The notes beneath the pieces are model-generated. The model was not told the origin of the DNA. It saw only the letters and a list, made by a program, of their open reading frames with translations, and did not search any database. DNA of 64,000 nt. Origin: Lama glama. Lineage: Eukaryota. Location of the stretch: NCBI GenBank assembly GCA_028534125.1, contig CM052816.1:5892001-5956000 (forward strand). Direction: 5' to 3'. Each line of letters begins with the position of its first letter. Within the stretch, counting starts at the first letter, position 1. Position numbers and translations under genes: made by a program. Below, piece after piece: positions 1-11,329 of the stretch.

Positions 1-494
1 TGCCCTTTTCTTAGATTTAACCATCGTGCATTCTTTAAGCTTTTCCACCAGTTCCTATGGTAACCCGAGCACCATCTGAAGATGCTGCTTTGCCCAGGAT
101 TGAGAAGATGACAGTAACACATCCTGCTACACAATCATTACTGAGATGAGTCTCTATTTCTTTATGCAGATGAGTTTCCACTCCACTCTAACTGTCCCTT
201 AGCCTTAGTCCTATGTGAGCTAATTCTGCCAAAGCCAACGTGCCAATGTCTATATTGGTCCTGAGGGTTAAAGTTCTAGTCTTTTCATTCAAAGGCTGTG
301 ACTGAACTCAAATGCTGATGAGAACTGGGCTGGCATTCTGGGGCTGGGCTTCAACAGGACAAAATATAAAGAAAACAGGCTAGATTTGTCATTCTCCATA
401 TTGAGAGAGCAGAGTCAAGGCCTAGCATAGCTGGTAGAGGTGAGACAAGGCCAGATCTTGGGTGGAAACCAACCAAGCTACACCCCTGGGAAAG

Positions 495-615
495 AGACCC
501 TCGCCCCGACCCGGCAGGCAGCGCTTAGTCGCGGAGCCCCTGGACAATCACTCTGCCCCAAACGCATGCGCCAATGTGCCTTGCACTTCACCGCCTCCAG
601 ATTTTTTTTCACGCT
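495..615. promoter_or_regulatory. Small CpG-rich promoter/enhancer-like element with NRF1-like motif and CCAAT
   Basis: Local CpG cluster; ACGCATGCGC at 562-571 (one mismatch to the NRF1 core GCGCATGCGC) overlapping CCAAT at 571-575. Confidence 0.35.
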
Positions 616-657
616 GCTTCTTCTGCTTTCCTCTATTACTTAAAGTTTTTTAAAAGG

Positions 658-955
658 GACATAAACTTATTTACAAAACAGAGACAGACTCACAGACATA
701 GAAAACAAACTTATAGTTACTGGCGGGGAAGGGATAAATTGAGAGTTTGAGACTTGCAGATACTGACTACTATATATGAAATGGATAAATAGCAGTCCTT
801 CTGTACAGCATAGGGGACTGTATTCAATACCTCATAACGGCCTATGGTGAAAAAGAATAAGAAAAGGAATGTATGTATGTACACATGAATCATATGCTGT
901 ACACCAGAAGTTAACACAACATTGTAAATAGACTGTACTTGAATTAAAAAAAAAA
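658..955 (+). mobile_element. Young lineage-specific LINE-1 3' UTR fragment (camelid-like), 5'-truncated
   Basis: aacttatttacaaaacagagacagactcacagacatagaaaacaaac...gctgtacaccagaagttaacacaacattgtaaatagactgtacttgaatt followed by poly(A); homologous to the minus-strand copies at about 14.9, 44.8 and 61.9 kb. Confidence 0.9.
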
Positions 956-1229
956 CCACATAGGACTTTGTAGCATCTAAAAAGTATTTTTATGTCCGCC
1001 GTGTTGCTCAGTCATCATAACAACACAATGAGACCAGTACCGACCAGACCAGTCGCCGATATTTCACAGACAAGAAAGTGGGAGATCAGAGTCGTAAAAG
1101 GACTTGCCCCAGGCCACACGGCTCATCCCCGCAGTCAGATCTTCTTCATTCTCTGGTCTCCAGGGTATGTGGTTTCCCACGTGACCGAGCTGATAGAACT
1201 CCAGACTGACACTGGACTTGGGCACCATG

Positions 1230-1430
1230 TCGTCATCTGGGTTTGAATCCTGGCACTCGGCACGGTTCTGTGGCCTGCCTCTGGGAGTCTGTGCCTCAGT
1301 TTATTCATATGCAGAATGGGAGTAATCATAGCCTCGCTCTCAAAAGACTGAGAGGAGGAAACGAGTGAGTGTGTGCAGAGCACTCAGAACAGCGGCCGAC
1401 ACAAAACACCCGCTCAGTAAATGTTGCCAT
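1230..1430 (+). mobile_element. MIR SINE
   Basis: Core ctgggtttgaatcctggc...tctgtgcctcagtttattcatatgcagaatggg and tail ctcagtaaatgttg. Confidence 0.8.
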
Positions 1431-4400
1431 AGGAACCAGGCCATGTCCTGTCTGAATTTCCTCTCTGCCAGGGCTCATCTGGAATGCCAGGAAGCGCGAT
1501 TCTGACTTTTCATAAATACATGCAATTCCTGTTTCGTTTAGACCCTGTAATCATCTGTGCTTTGCTCACAGCACACGTGTGTATGCTCTGCTGTGTGCTG
1601 GAGAGGTCTGTGAACTCGTTTTTTCTCGTCCTGCTCACCCCTCGCCTGTGAGTGCTGTGGTTCAGAGAGGCAGCTCTGATGGAAGCACACCCCCTGCAGA
1701 GCCCAGCGCGATGCTTGATGCCAAAAAGGAAGACGGCTGGCAACTGCTAGTGACACTGAACTCAGTCGCACCCAGAATTCCAGTTCCTGTGAAGTCCCAG
1801 AATGTTAGGGCTGGAAAGGCTCCTTAAGAGATTAGCCAATCCTGCACTAATGCCAGGTAACTGGGCTGCTGGAGGAGGAAGATACTTGTCCAGAGTCATA
1901 CAACGTATTAGTGGCAGCCGTAGGAATAGAAACCAGATCTTGCCACTACCCGCAGCCCTGGGCTTCACCCAAAGCTCTGGGCTGTGTCTCTTTCCATGGA
2001 ATGGAGGAAAAGATAGCCATGTACCTGAATTAAAGAGAGAAGCATGGGGCAAATGACAGCACACAGCTAAGTTTCAGCACCAGTATTGCTCAAAAAAAGG
2101 GATGTATTAGGGATGCACATCCAGAAGCCTACGGCGGGGAGGGACGTGAATAAATTGCACAGCCGATGAGGCAGTTCCTCTGAACTGACTGGTATTTCTC
2201 TGCTGCATGAATGGTTCAGGAGTCCTGCGAAGGAGAAGCTTCAGGGTTCAGGGTATTCAGCGCAAACCTTTAAGTGGTTCTTTGCCTCTTTCCGTTTACC
2301 ATGTAATCTAAACTGGAGTCCTCCAACCTTGGACTCCAGGTCACCTTCTTCATGTTGGGATATGTATGTAGAAGATGCTAAGATACAGAGATACTCAGTC
2401 CCTGTACACGGAGGCCATTTCTTACAGTTCTCTGTGGGATGATCTAATCTGGTAGGGATGAGAAAGGTATAGTCCTTATCAGCCTGCCCCCCAGAGTCTC
2501 CTCTCCACAGACTACTGTCAAGTTTTTTCCCCTTGCTGAAGTTTCAGATAATGTTTAAAATGTACAAAGAATCAGAGATAATTCTGCCCTGGTCACCATG
2601 ACTTGAGCAGAGAAATGTTTTGATTCCTGGTACTGTCAAAGCTTGTCTTCCAAAGTAAGATATGTAAGTCTTAAGGAGATAACGCTCCCCCATCATCTCA
2701 GAGGCAAATGCTTTGGGGGAGGAGGACCAGTGAGAACCCAGATTGTGATGGCTGCGGGGGGTGCTTTAGAGGAGCTCTATAAGCAGACATAGCCCCAGGG
2801 TGGGGGACAACTGAGGCTTACACCCCAGTTGGTCAGATAATGAAACCCAAGGCTGCCCTTAACCACAGTGTCAGCCTCTGAAAATCGGGGGACACATTAG
2901 TTTGCCAAGTCAAGGTTAGTGAGAGATGAATGTTCACAGCACAGCCATCCTGGAGAGAAATGCCCAGATGGCAAACAGCTCGAACTTCAGGACTTTAGGA
3001 GAAGTCACCTTTTCCTTTTGATCTCTATGTCCAATGCATGAGTCACTTAAACATTTTTTTTTTTACTGTCCAGGATAAAAAGTGCTTATAACAGTGAAAG
3101 GTGAAGCTGAGACGGGGAGAAGTGAAAAAGACTTTTTGCAAAGGAAATTCATCTAGAAGTCTTTTCCCACCGCTGACTGATGTGGTGGTACCCATTAGTC
3201 TCCTGCTGTTTATCAGGACCAGTTGCTGTTGTTGTGTTGTTACTTCAATCCACATGTGGCTTTGTCAAATATACTGTGAGAACAATATTTGATTACCTTT
3301 CAAAGAGCTCACGTACCATCTCACCACCACCATAAACCATGTGCAAAGCAAACTGGCACTAACTTATTATCATTTTTGTCTTAAAGGGCCACCCTCTCAG
3401 TGTCTCTGATCAATATCATCTTCCAAACTACTCCACAGATGAGCCATCAGGTGTGTTGGATGCATCTGTTTGGGGTGGCATTTCTAGACTTAGGTTTCCC
3501 TTGGGAAGGACAGAGCTGACTTGACACATAGGGAACCCATTACTTGTGAACAGAGCCATTTTCTGTCCCATCAACATCTTCTACGTTGATGAAAGTAACA
3601 GAGGTAAAATATGAAAATGGAATTGGCCTACAAATTCTGAAGTCTAGTGGATTCATAAGACTGATTGTTCTTTATTGTTGTTTGGTTTTCACTGTTACGC
3701 TTAATCAACGTCTTCCCTTTTTTTAATGAAAACCTTATGCCCTCTCTCCCTGAATGTTCCATCAGTTCATAACACCCTGGGCTGTCACTTGTGACCTTCT
3801 GGGAACATATAATAGGCCCCCACTGATGCCATTGAGCTCTGAGTTCCTTGAAGTCAGAGACAGCCTTACACTAATAGGAAAGATTTCTGAGGGTCCGTCC
3901 CTCTCTGTGCTAAGTCCTGGAGGCAGTGACCTCTGTAGTGCAGGGTCAGCAAATGCGTGACACATATGCTCCCCTCTCCTGCACCCAAGGGAGACATCAC
4001 TAATCGATCGTGGCATCCTTTCCTGGTGCACCCTGGCAAGGCCTCCCAAGCCCTCATCATCAGCATTCTTGAAAGCCATTACCAATTTATTGGGATTGAC
4101 AGGCTCAATAAAAACCTATTTTCCGGTCTAGCCTTAATGGTTCCAAGCCAGGGCTTTGGAATTGGACTGACCTGAATTCAAATCCCAACACTGCCATTGA
4201 CACGCAGGTTACATGGCATGAAGTACAGCAGCCCGAGTGCCCTAAATCTCAGTTTTCTCCACTTTAAAATGACCAAGTCCTCTCATGCTTCGGAAGCCTA
4301 CATTTAGGTATTTCTTCCTCTGAGAAACCTGTATTTACCTGTGACTGAGGGTAGATGCCTCACCTAGACCTCTGAAAACACCCTGAACTTGCTCCTCATA

Positions 4401-5020
4401 ATTCTGCATTTCGTCTAATTCCCCCCATTGGTGTATGAGCTCCTTGAAAGCAGTTAGACTTTGACAGCTGGATTTTCAGAGCCCAGTAAAAGGCTTGGTA
4501 CAGTCAACAGTTCAAAACACCGCTGACCCATAAAAATCACTTAAAACAGTGCTAGGAATACATGTGATAAATGCTTTAAAAGCATTTGTTATTTTCACAT
4601 TTATTGTTATGTTCCGTCACTTGGAGTCTCAGGGGAGAAGGCTTACCACAGAGCCAACTTCTATACATGTTTGGTTTCATTTTGTTCCGCTGTTACTCTT
4701 CAGCTGCAAGGGTACCAAGGTATCTATATTTTCTGAATCTTGAGAGGTGCATTTCTTGAAACAGAGCCATGTTTTCCTTTCTCAGCCGTATAAAACCTAA
4801 CATGGGGTCTTGTACATAAAGGGTCTACTTGAGCGTGTTTTGGGTCACACCTACTGCATTTGCTAACACTGGTGTACCCCAGCCTGACCTGGCCTAGACC
4901 AGCCCTTTAGGGACCTACACTAGACACTCTTCCAGGTTACTGGAGCCCTGCCATTCTCTTTTGAGTACCCCTGGCCAACGGATCAGCCCAGGAGGTGTGT
5001 CCTGGGATAATCACTTACGG

Positions 5021-5214
5021 CAGTGGGTCTCAAACTTGGGCATGCAGTGTGCATCAGAATTCCCTGGAGTGCTTGTGAAAATGCAGGCTGCATGGCCCAC
5101 CCCCAGAATTTCTGATTCAATAAGTTTGAGGTGGGGCTGGAGAATTTGCATTTCTAACATGTTCCTGGATAATCCTTCTGTTGCTGGTCCTGGACTATAT
5201 TTGGAGATTCACTG
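5021..5214. mobile_element. MER5A-type hAT-Charlie MITE, full length
   Basis: Termini cagtgggtctcaaact / tggagattcactg; internal gcatcagaattccctgga and tttgcatttctaaca; degenerate 8-bp TSD acttacgg (5013-5020) / actaatgg (5215-5222). Confidence 0.88.
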
Positions 5215-7231
5215 ACTAATGGAATAAAGGAGATGAGAAAGGAACACCCTTGTCTAGAGAAGAAACCTTAAGTTCTATTTACCAGCTCCCAGATTGGTGA
5301 TGATCTCCACCCGCATCCTGCAAGCTGTATTTGCAACTGATTCTCCTTAAAGTCAAGGAAACTTACACCCAAGTAGCAGCTGTAGGACCTTGCTGAAGGA
5401 TGAAAAAGCAGGGCTTCTAAATGTTGCTGATGGTGCTTACGCATTTCCTTCCTTCTCAGTTGACAACCAGTGAAACGACTTGATACTTTAATATCTTACA
5501 GTAAATATCATACTTGTGTGAGATACTTTATAATTTTCCAGAACGCTTTCATCTGTATCATCACATATGGTTTTAGAACAACTGCTTACAAGGGCAGAAG
5601 GAGGTAGAAATTAGCATCATTCTTTGAATGACAAGGCAGAATATAACCAGGATCCACCATCCTCGACTCTTTGCCAGGTCTCTTTCCATGATACCACATA
5701 GTCTTTGGTGCACGTGTAAGTTCTGCCTTTGAACCCCCTTCATGCACCAAACCTTAATTTATTTCAGCTTGTTACAGATGGTTTGAGCTAGAAGACAACA
5801 GAAGGAGATCTGCTAATCAGAAGGTTCTTAGGGGATACAGATTCCTTTGAGAACCTCAGGAAAGCTTTGGACTCTTTTCCAAAACAATTCAGACGCCTTA
5901 ACATATAATACAACTTACATACAGTTTCAGGTTTTAAAAGGACCTCTCAAAGTCGGGGGCCACCGTGTTTCATGACTATGAGAGGCACCATTCCCAGTGA
6001 ATTAACTGTGGTCCTGTAACTTCCAACCGTAAGCTACAGAAGGACAGAGGCTGTATATTTGCCGTTTTGGCTGGCTGGTTGCTTGCTTGCTTTTTGTGAT
6101 TTTTAACAGATGAGCAAACTGAGATTCAAGAACCTGAGTGATTATTTCTCAGGTATCACAGTTAAATAAAGGCAGAACTAGGGTGGAAACGAGGCTCCTT
6201 CCAGAAGGCAATGCAGGGCTGTGGAAGGAAACCGGCTTTGGAGTCAGGGAATCTTTCAGTCTCAGCTTGTATTACCTACTGGCTGTAAGACCTTGCTTAA
6301 CCTCCAAAAGATTTAATCTCCCCATTTTACACATAGGAATCAGAAAATCAAATACTGTTTAAAATCTATTCTGATAGGGTGCTTTTAGTGTAAGGATCAA
6401 ATGAAAGAAAATAGATCAAGTGCTAACACACATTGTGACGCCTGGGAGGCTGGAAATCCCCTGCCTCCCAGGCTGTTTTCTGAGCTCAAGTGCAACAATT
6501 GGATAAATTTTCCCTTCTCTCAGAGCAGGTCGATACTACCTCAGGGGGATCAGGTAGACACCCCCGGGTCCTCTGGATCATATAAACCTACATATGATCT
6601 CATTACTTATGATTGTGCTTAGGCGCTTGCACCACTGTCCCATGTGGAATCTCAAGGACATTTGTCCCCTCTCTAAGCATGGGTGCAAATACAGAAAAGA
6701 AAATGTCTCACTGAAGGGGAAGAAAGCCCAGATTACGATCGTGTCTAATTCTCCCAGTATTTTTCAGTTCTTATTTCAGCCTGTGCAAGATTCATTCTTC
6801 CCACTGCACAGGAAGCACATTATACTTCCTAATCTACAGAGGGTAATGATGTTCACCCTAAGTTTTCATTCTGTATTTGCATCTAATTCACATGTAAAGT
6901 TCAGCAGAATTTATAAGTCACTTCACTGTATACATTTCCTTGTGTCTTATACATAAAAAAACAAGATCCTTGCTTTAGCTTATTATTAAACCCCAGAATG
7001 CCAGGAATGGAAGGACTTGTAGAGGCTTCACTGAACCCCCTTATGTGACAGGCAGGAGGTAGGTGCTCTGGAATGGGGAAGTTGTCCTTGAGTCAGACTA
7101 CTGTCGTCTACCCTTGAACATACCCTTACCGGACTCTACATTCAGCATCCTCACCATGTATTTCCTGACCTGCCTCAGATTTCAAGATACTTGAAAGGTC
7201 AAGCAGTTGTAAGACATTTTCCCACTCTTAA

Positions 7232-7731
7232 NNNNNNNNNNNNNNNNNNNNNNNNNNNNNNNNNNNNNNNNNNNNNNNNNNNNNNNNNNNNNNNNNNNNN
7301 NNNNNNNNNNNNNNNNNNNNNNNNNNNNNNNNNNNNNNNNNNNNNNNNNNNNNNNNNNNNNNNNNNNNNNNNNNNNNNNNNNNNNNNNNNNNNNNNNNNN
7401 NNNNNNNNNNNNNNNNNNNNNNNNNNNNNNNNNNNNNNNNNNNNNNNNNNNNNNNNNNNNNNNNNNNNNNNNNNNNNNNNNNNNNNNNNNNNNNNNNNNN
7501 NNNNNNNNNNNNNNNNNNNNNNNNNNNNNNNNNNNNNNNNNNNNNNNNNNNNNNNNNNNNNNNNNNNNNNNNNNNNNNNNNNNNNNNNNNNNNNNNNNNN
7601 NNNNNNNNNNNNNNNNNNNNNNNNNNNNNNNNNNNNNNNNNNNNNNNNNNNNNNNNNNNNNNNNNNNNNNNNNNNNNNNNNNNNNNNNNNNNNNNNNNNN
7701 NNNNNNNNNNNNNNNNNNNNNNNNNNNNNNN
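7232..7731. other. Assembly gap (500 N)
   Basis: Run of N; the round length suggests a placeholder size. Confidence 0.99.
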
Positions 7732-9137
7732 CCACTCACCTGCTCTTCTCACCTGGCATCTGTTGTTAACAAGTCCAGTGACCAAGCCCATTAAATCACT
7801 CAACTGACATTTATACAGTTTTACAGTCAACATGCCTTTGCCTGCAGGATGCAAGAAGGATGATAATTCTTTCATTGGACGTAGAAAACTTTTAACTCTA
7901 CATTTGTATACTAGCAGTTTTCCAGAACTTGCAGATTCTGTAAAACCTGAAAGCTGGTGAAATGAGAATGTCCATAGGTGAAAATGCAAACCAGTCTCAC
8001 AGGTTGTGATGTTCTTAACGAGACACTGTAAGCGCTTGATTCTGTTCAGCAAACTCTGCATCCTTGCCCCACAGAGGTTTCTAGTCCATCCACCTCCACT
8101 CTTGCCAAAGTGACAAAATTAAGTCAAATTTTCAAGCAAAAAGGTCATCTCTGGGAAGAAAACCGATGCACAAGAAACGAAAACAGTCCTGTTGTCTCCC
8201 AGTTATTACTATATCCACCCTGCACATAAATCCAGACTCTTTCAATAATCATAATAAGATGTGGGCATTTAAGTTGAAGAATCAGTTTGAGAAATCACAG
8301 AGGCCAAAACTATAGGGTGCATGTGAGGTTTTTGGGGGGAGGAAAGAGTGGTAGGGAGGTAGGAGCATAGGGTCCATCAGAAGGACTTAAGGGAAAAAAG
8401 ATGGAAGGGAGGGTAAACTCAAATGACAGACACAGAAGGATAAGCACTTCTAATTGGCCATGGAGACCCTCTGTAGGTATGGGATGAGAAGAGTGAACTA
8501 CTCTGGAGGGTGCTTTAGTTGGCTACTTCTGTGAGGTCTTATGGATGGAAAGTAGGTGTTTCAGTGAAGATCAAAGACAGTAAGACCAATCAAGGGACCA
8601 TTTATTCCAGCACACCTGCTCTCCCTAATCCCAGTCACAAGGACCAAGTCACGTCTTTTCACATTTCTATGTAGGCAATCTTCGGAAAAGACTAGATGGT
8701 TAGACCCATAGTCAGAACTGGTGTCATTCTTCCAGACAAAAAGATGGCTCATGACACACAACTCTTCCCCAGAAAGAAAGAAACAGAGTCAGCAGCCCAC
8801 ATTCCCAGGGGACCACTTCCTGAGAACAATGTGGCAGCAGCTGTACAGAGCCTCACCTGTACGTTTAGTGGAAAAGACACACATACTGAACTCAGGCATA
8901 TACCTTCACCTTGATGATTAGTGCTTATAAAAATAGGCATCGAGCGTTCCTGTTTCACCTGCTCTCTAATTTTCTGAGCATCAGTTAGGGAGGATCTCTC
9001 AGCATGAACTATCTACAGCCTTTTCCGCCAATGCCATGAATCCTCTTTTTACCCGCGGGCAAGGTGTTTCTTCCTATCTTTGTCCTTTTCCTCAGAAGTG
9101 CACGTCCATGTAAAATGCCTTACTCTCCCACCTTTGC

Positions 9138-9169
<32 letters not shown>

Positions 9170-9212
9170 CAATTATAAAAATATTATAAATAATAATTAT
9201 TATATAAAAAAA
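9138..9212. repeat. (AAT)n microsatellite and AT-rich tract
   Basis: About 10 AAT units followed by degenerate AT-rich sequence, next to a minus-strand MIR remnant. Confidence 0.9.
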
Positions 9213-9454
9213 AACAAGTAGCAGCAGCCGCAGTGGCCAAGACAAACATTTGAGTATTTACAAAGAACAGAGCGCTCAGCTGAGTTTCTAACGTGTGACT
9301 TCATTTTGCCTTCCCAACAATCTGATTTTTATCATTTCAAAGGCATAGATGAGAAAATTGGGGCTCAAAGAGAGTAAGTTCCTAGATTCACAGAGTCCAA
9401 ACATTCAGACAGGAATCTTACTGACTGCATGGCTCCTGACTCAACTTACAAAAA

Positions 9455-11200
9455 TTTTTTTCTTCTAAATGATGTTTATGTTTTTAGAACAGTATTTCTT
9501 TATATATGGATTGCAACCTAAGAGCTAGGGGAAGAAGGAACAGAGGAATGTCTGGAGGACTTGAAGTCCCAAGCCTTACCCAGTGGTACCATTGTTGCCT
9601 TACAAAGTCCATCAGATCCAGGAGATTCAGGAATATTCCCCCAGGGGAGCTGAGAAATGTCCCATGCTCGATTCTGTCAGGAGGAATATCCAGGAGTACA
9701 GTGGTTCTTTCTTTCTTCTTTCCTTTCTTTCCTTCCCTTCCTTTTTTCTTCCTTCCCTTCCTTCTTCCTTCCTTCCTTCCTTCCTTTCTTCCCTCCCTTC
9801 CTTCCCTCCTTCCCTTCCTTCTTTCCCTTCCTTCCTCCCTCCCTTCCCTCCTCCCTTCCTTCCTTTCTCTCTCTCTCTTTCTTTCTTCCTTCCCTTCCTT
9901 CTTCCTTCCTTCCTTCCTCTTTCTTTCTTTCTTTCTTTCTTCCTTCCCTTCCTTCCTTCTTCCTTCCTTCCTTTCTCTCTCTCTCTTTCTTTCTTTCCCT
10001 CCTTCCCTTCCTTCCTTCCCTTCCTTCCCTTCCTTCCTCCCTTCCTTCCTCCCTCTCTCCCTTCCTTCTCTCCTCCCTTCCTTCCTCCCTTCCTTCCTCT
10101 CTCCCTCCCTCCCTCCCTCCCTCTCTCCCTCCCTTCCTTCCTTCCTTCCTTCCTTCCTTCCTTCCTTCCTTCCTTCCTTCCAATCTCTGTAAGATGTAAT
10201 GGCAACTTGAGATGTGCTTTTTTAGCATCTAAAAGAGATTCCAAGAAGTCTTTGGCTTCTCCTTCAGTAGGATCTCCACTGAGGTCAAGCCCCAAAACTG
10301 CATCCTCTATAGAAAGGAAGACCTCTTTGCCAAGTTTAACAGTCTCCTTGGCTACTGAAGGGCCACCTCTTCTGTGGATTCCTATCAAACACCTAACATC
10401 AATGTCTAAGTTTTCTTCTTCAGACTGTTTAATACTCTCAAGTACATATTCCACATAAATCCCTTTTTTAAAAAATTAAGTCATCCCTGTAGCATTTCCT
10501 CTTCTGGGTGTGCTCCTAAGTTTCAGGCACCTGACACCACCAGCTGGAATTCTTTAATGACATCTTTTGTCGCCATTAAAATATCTTCAGGGTTAGTTGT
10601 AAGTTGATGAATCAGGTGATACATCTGGAAACATTCTTCTACAGTTCTTTGCTTTCCCCTGTGAATCACAGTCACCCGATTATGGACTTTAAGATCTGGC
10701 TTCTTAATAATTTCTTCCAGTACTAGAACTAATGGGTCCATTCAAGTGGGCATGAGGTTTTGCTTTAGGTAGCTCTGAGTAAAAGGCGGTGTCCATGGCT
10801 GTGGTAGTTCTTCTGCCTCCACCATGACTTAGTGGAATAAAACGGTCTTTCTCCACACACTTTCATTCTTGGTATGAATGATGCAGTGTATTTCGGTCAG
10901 CAAGTTCTGTGGTCTTGAATTTCCTAAAGATTGCTTTACGTCTGCACATTAGGGTAAGATTAGCTCCACATGCAGCCCTGGGCTCAGCTTCATCACCGTG
11001 GTGGACATCAGCTCCTGAGCCTCTCCTGGCCTGGAGCCCTCGCAGCCCTGAGCTCCAGCGACGGCAGCATCCTCTGCAAGAGTCCCCTGGCTGCGCAGGT
11101 ACCCACAGAACCCTCTGCAGCGCTGACGTTTCCAGGACCACGCTGCTCACCGCTCATCCACTGAGGCTGTTACACGAACGCCTGCGCAGTGCAGCCCTGC
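9455..11200 (-). pseudogene. ADAL: Processed (retrotransposed) pseudogene of ADAL/MAPDA, with 5' UTR, disrupted CDS and short 3' end
   Basis: Minus-strand translations across frames follow mammalian ADAL with no introns: ATG at 10825 (MVEAEE), ..FYSELPKAKPHAHLNG.., KKPDLKVHNRVTVIHRGKQRTVEECFQMYHLIHQLTTNPEDILMATKDVIKEF (ORF 10523-10741), IKQSEEENLDIDVRCLIGIHRRGGPSVAKETVKL...VLGLDLSGDPTEGEAKDFLESLLDAKKAHLKLPLHLTEI (ORF 9627-10454), then after the repeat VLLDIPPDRIEHGTFLS...DLMDFVRQQ. Several frameshifts are present. A short A-run lies at 9455-9464. The 5' boundary is approximate and I found no convincing TSD. Confidence 0.95.
9705..10181. repeat. Compound (CCTT/CTTT/CCCT/CT)n microsatellite, 477-bp pure polypyrimidine tract inside the ADAL pseudogene
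   Basis: Only C and T on the + strand from 9705 to 10181; ends in a perfect (CCTT)n run. Confidence 0.98.
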
Positions 11201-11329
11201 CCGTGCATCTTACCCGGCTTCTCAGCAGTTCCTTGCCCTAAAGCTTCAATGAATGCCCAGGAGTGTAGTCCTCCCTTTGAATTCTGCTGTATATTAGTGG
11301 GATCTGTATGATGGCACTTTCTATGCAAA

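Noticed and set aside
3..78. Acceptor-like cccttttcttag followed by short open frames (FNHRAFFKLFHQFLW* or LTIVHSLSFSTSSYGNPSTI*)
   Set aside because: Could be a terminal exon, but I recognise neither peptide and the upstream context is outside the window.
2072..2090. REST/RE1-like TTCAGCACC
   Set aside because: Only the left half-site is present; the GGACAG half is missing.
7182..8061. ORFs of 178-277 aa spanning 7.2-8.0 kb
   Set aside because: Their length comes from the 500-N gap.
9506..10458. Long ORFs 9506-10192, 9583-10458, 9657-10199 (+) and 9677-10228 (-), rich in F/L/P/S or R/K/E/G
   Set aside because: They are products of the stop-free microsatellite and the antisense or alternative frames of the pseudogene, not genes.
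9627..10825. Functional ADAL retrogene
   Set aside because: Homology is split over several frames, with a frameshift soon after the ATG, a 477-bp insertion and no C-terminal catalytic region.
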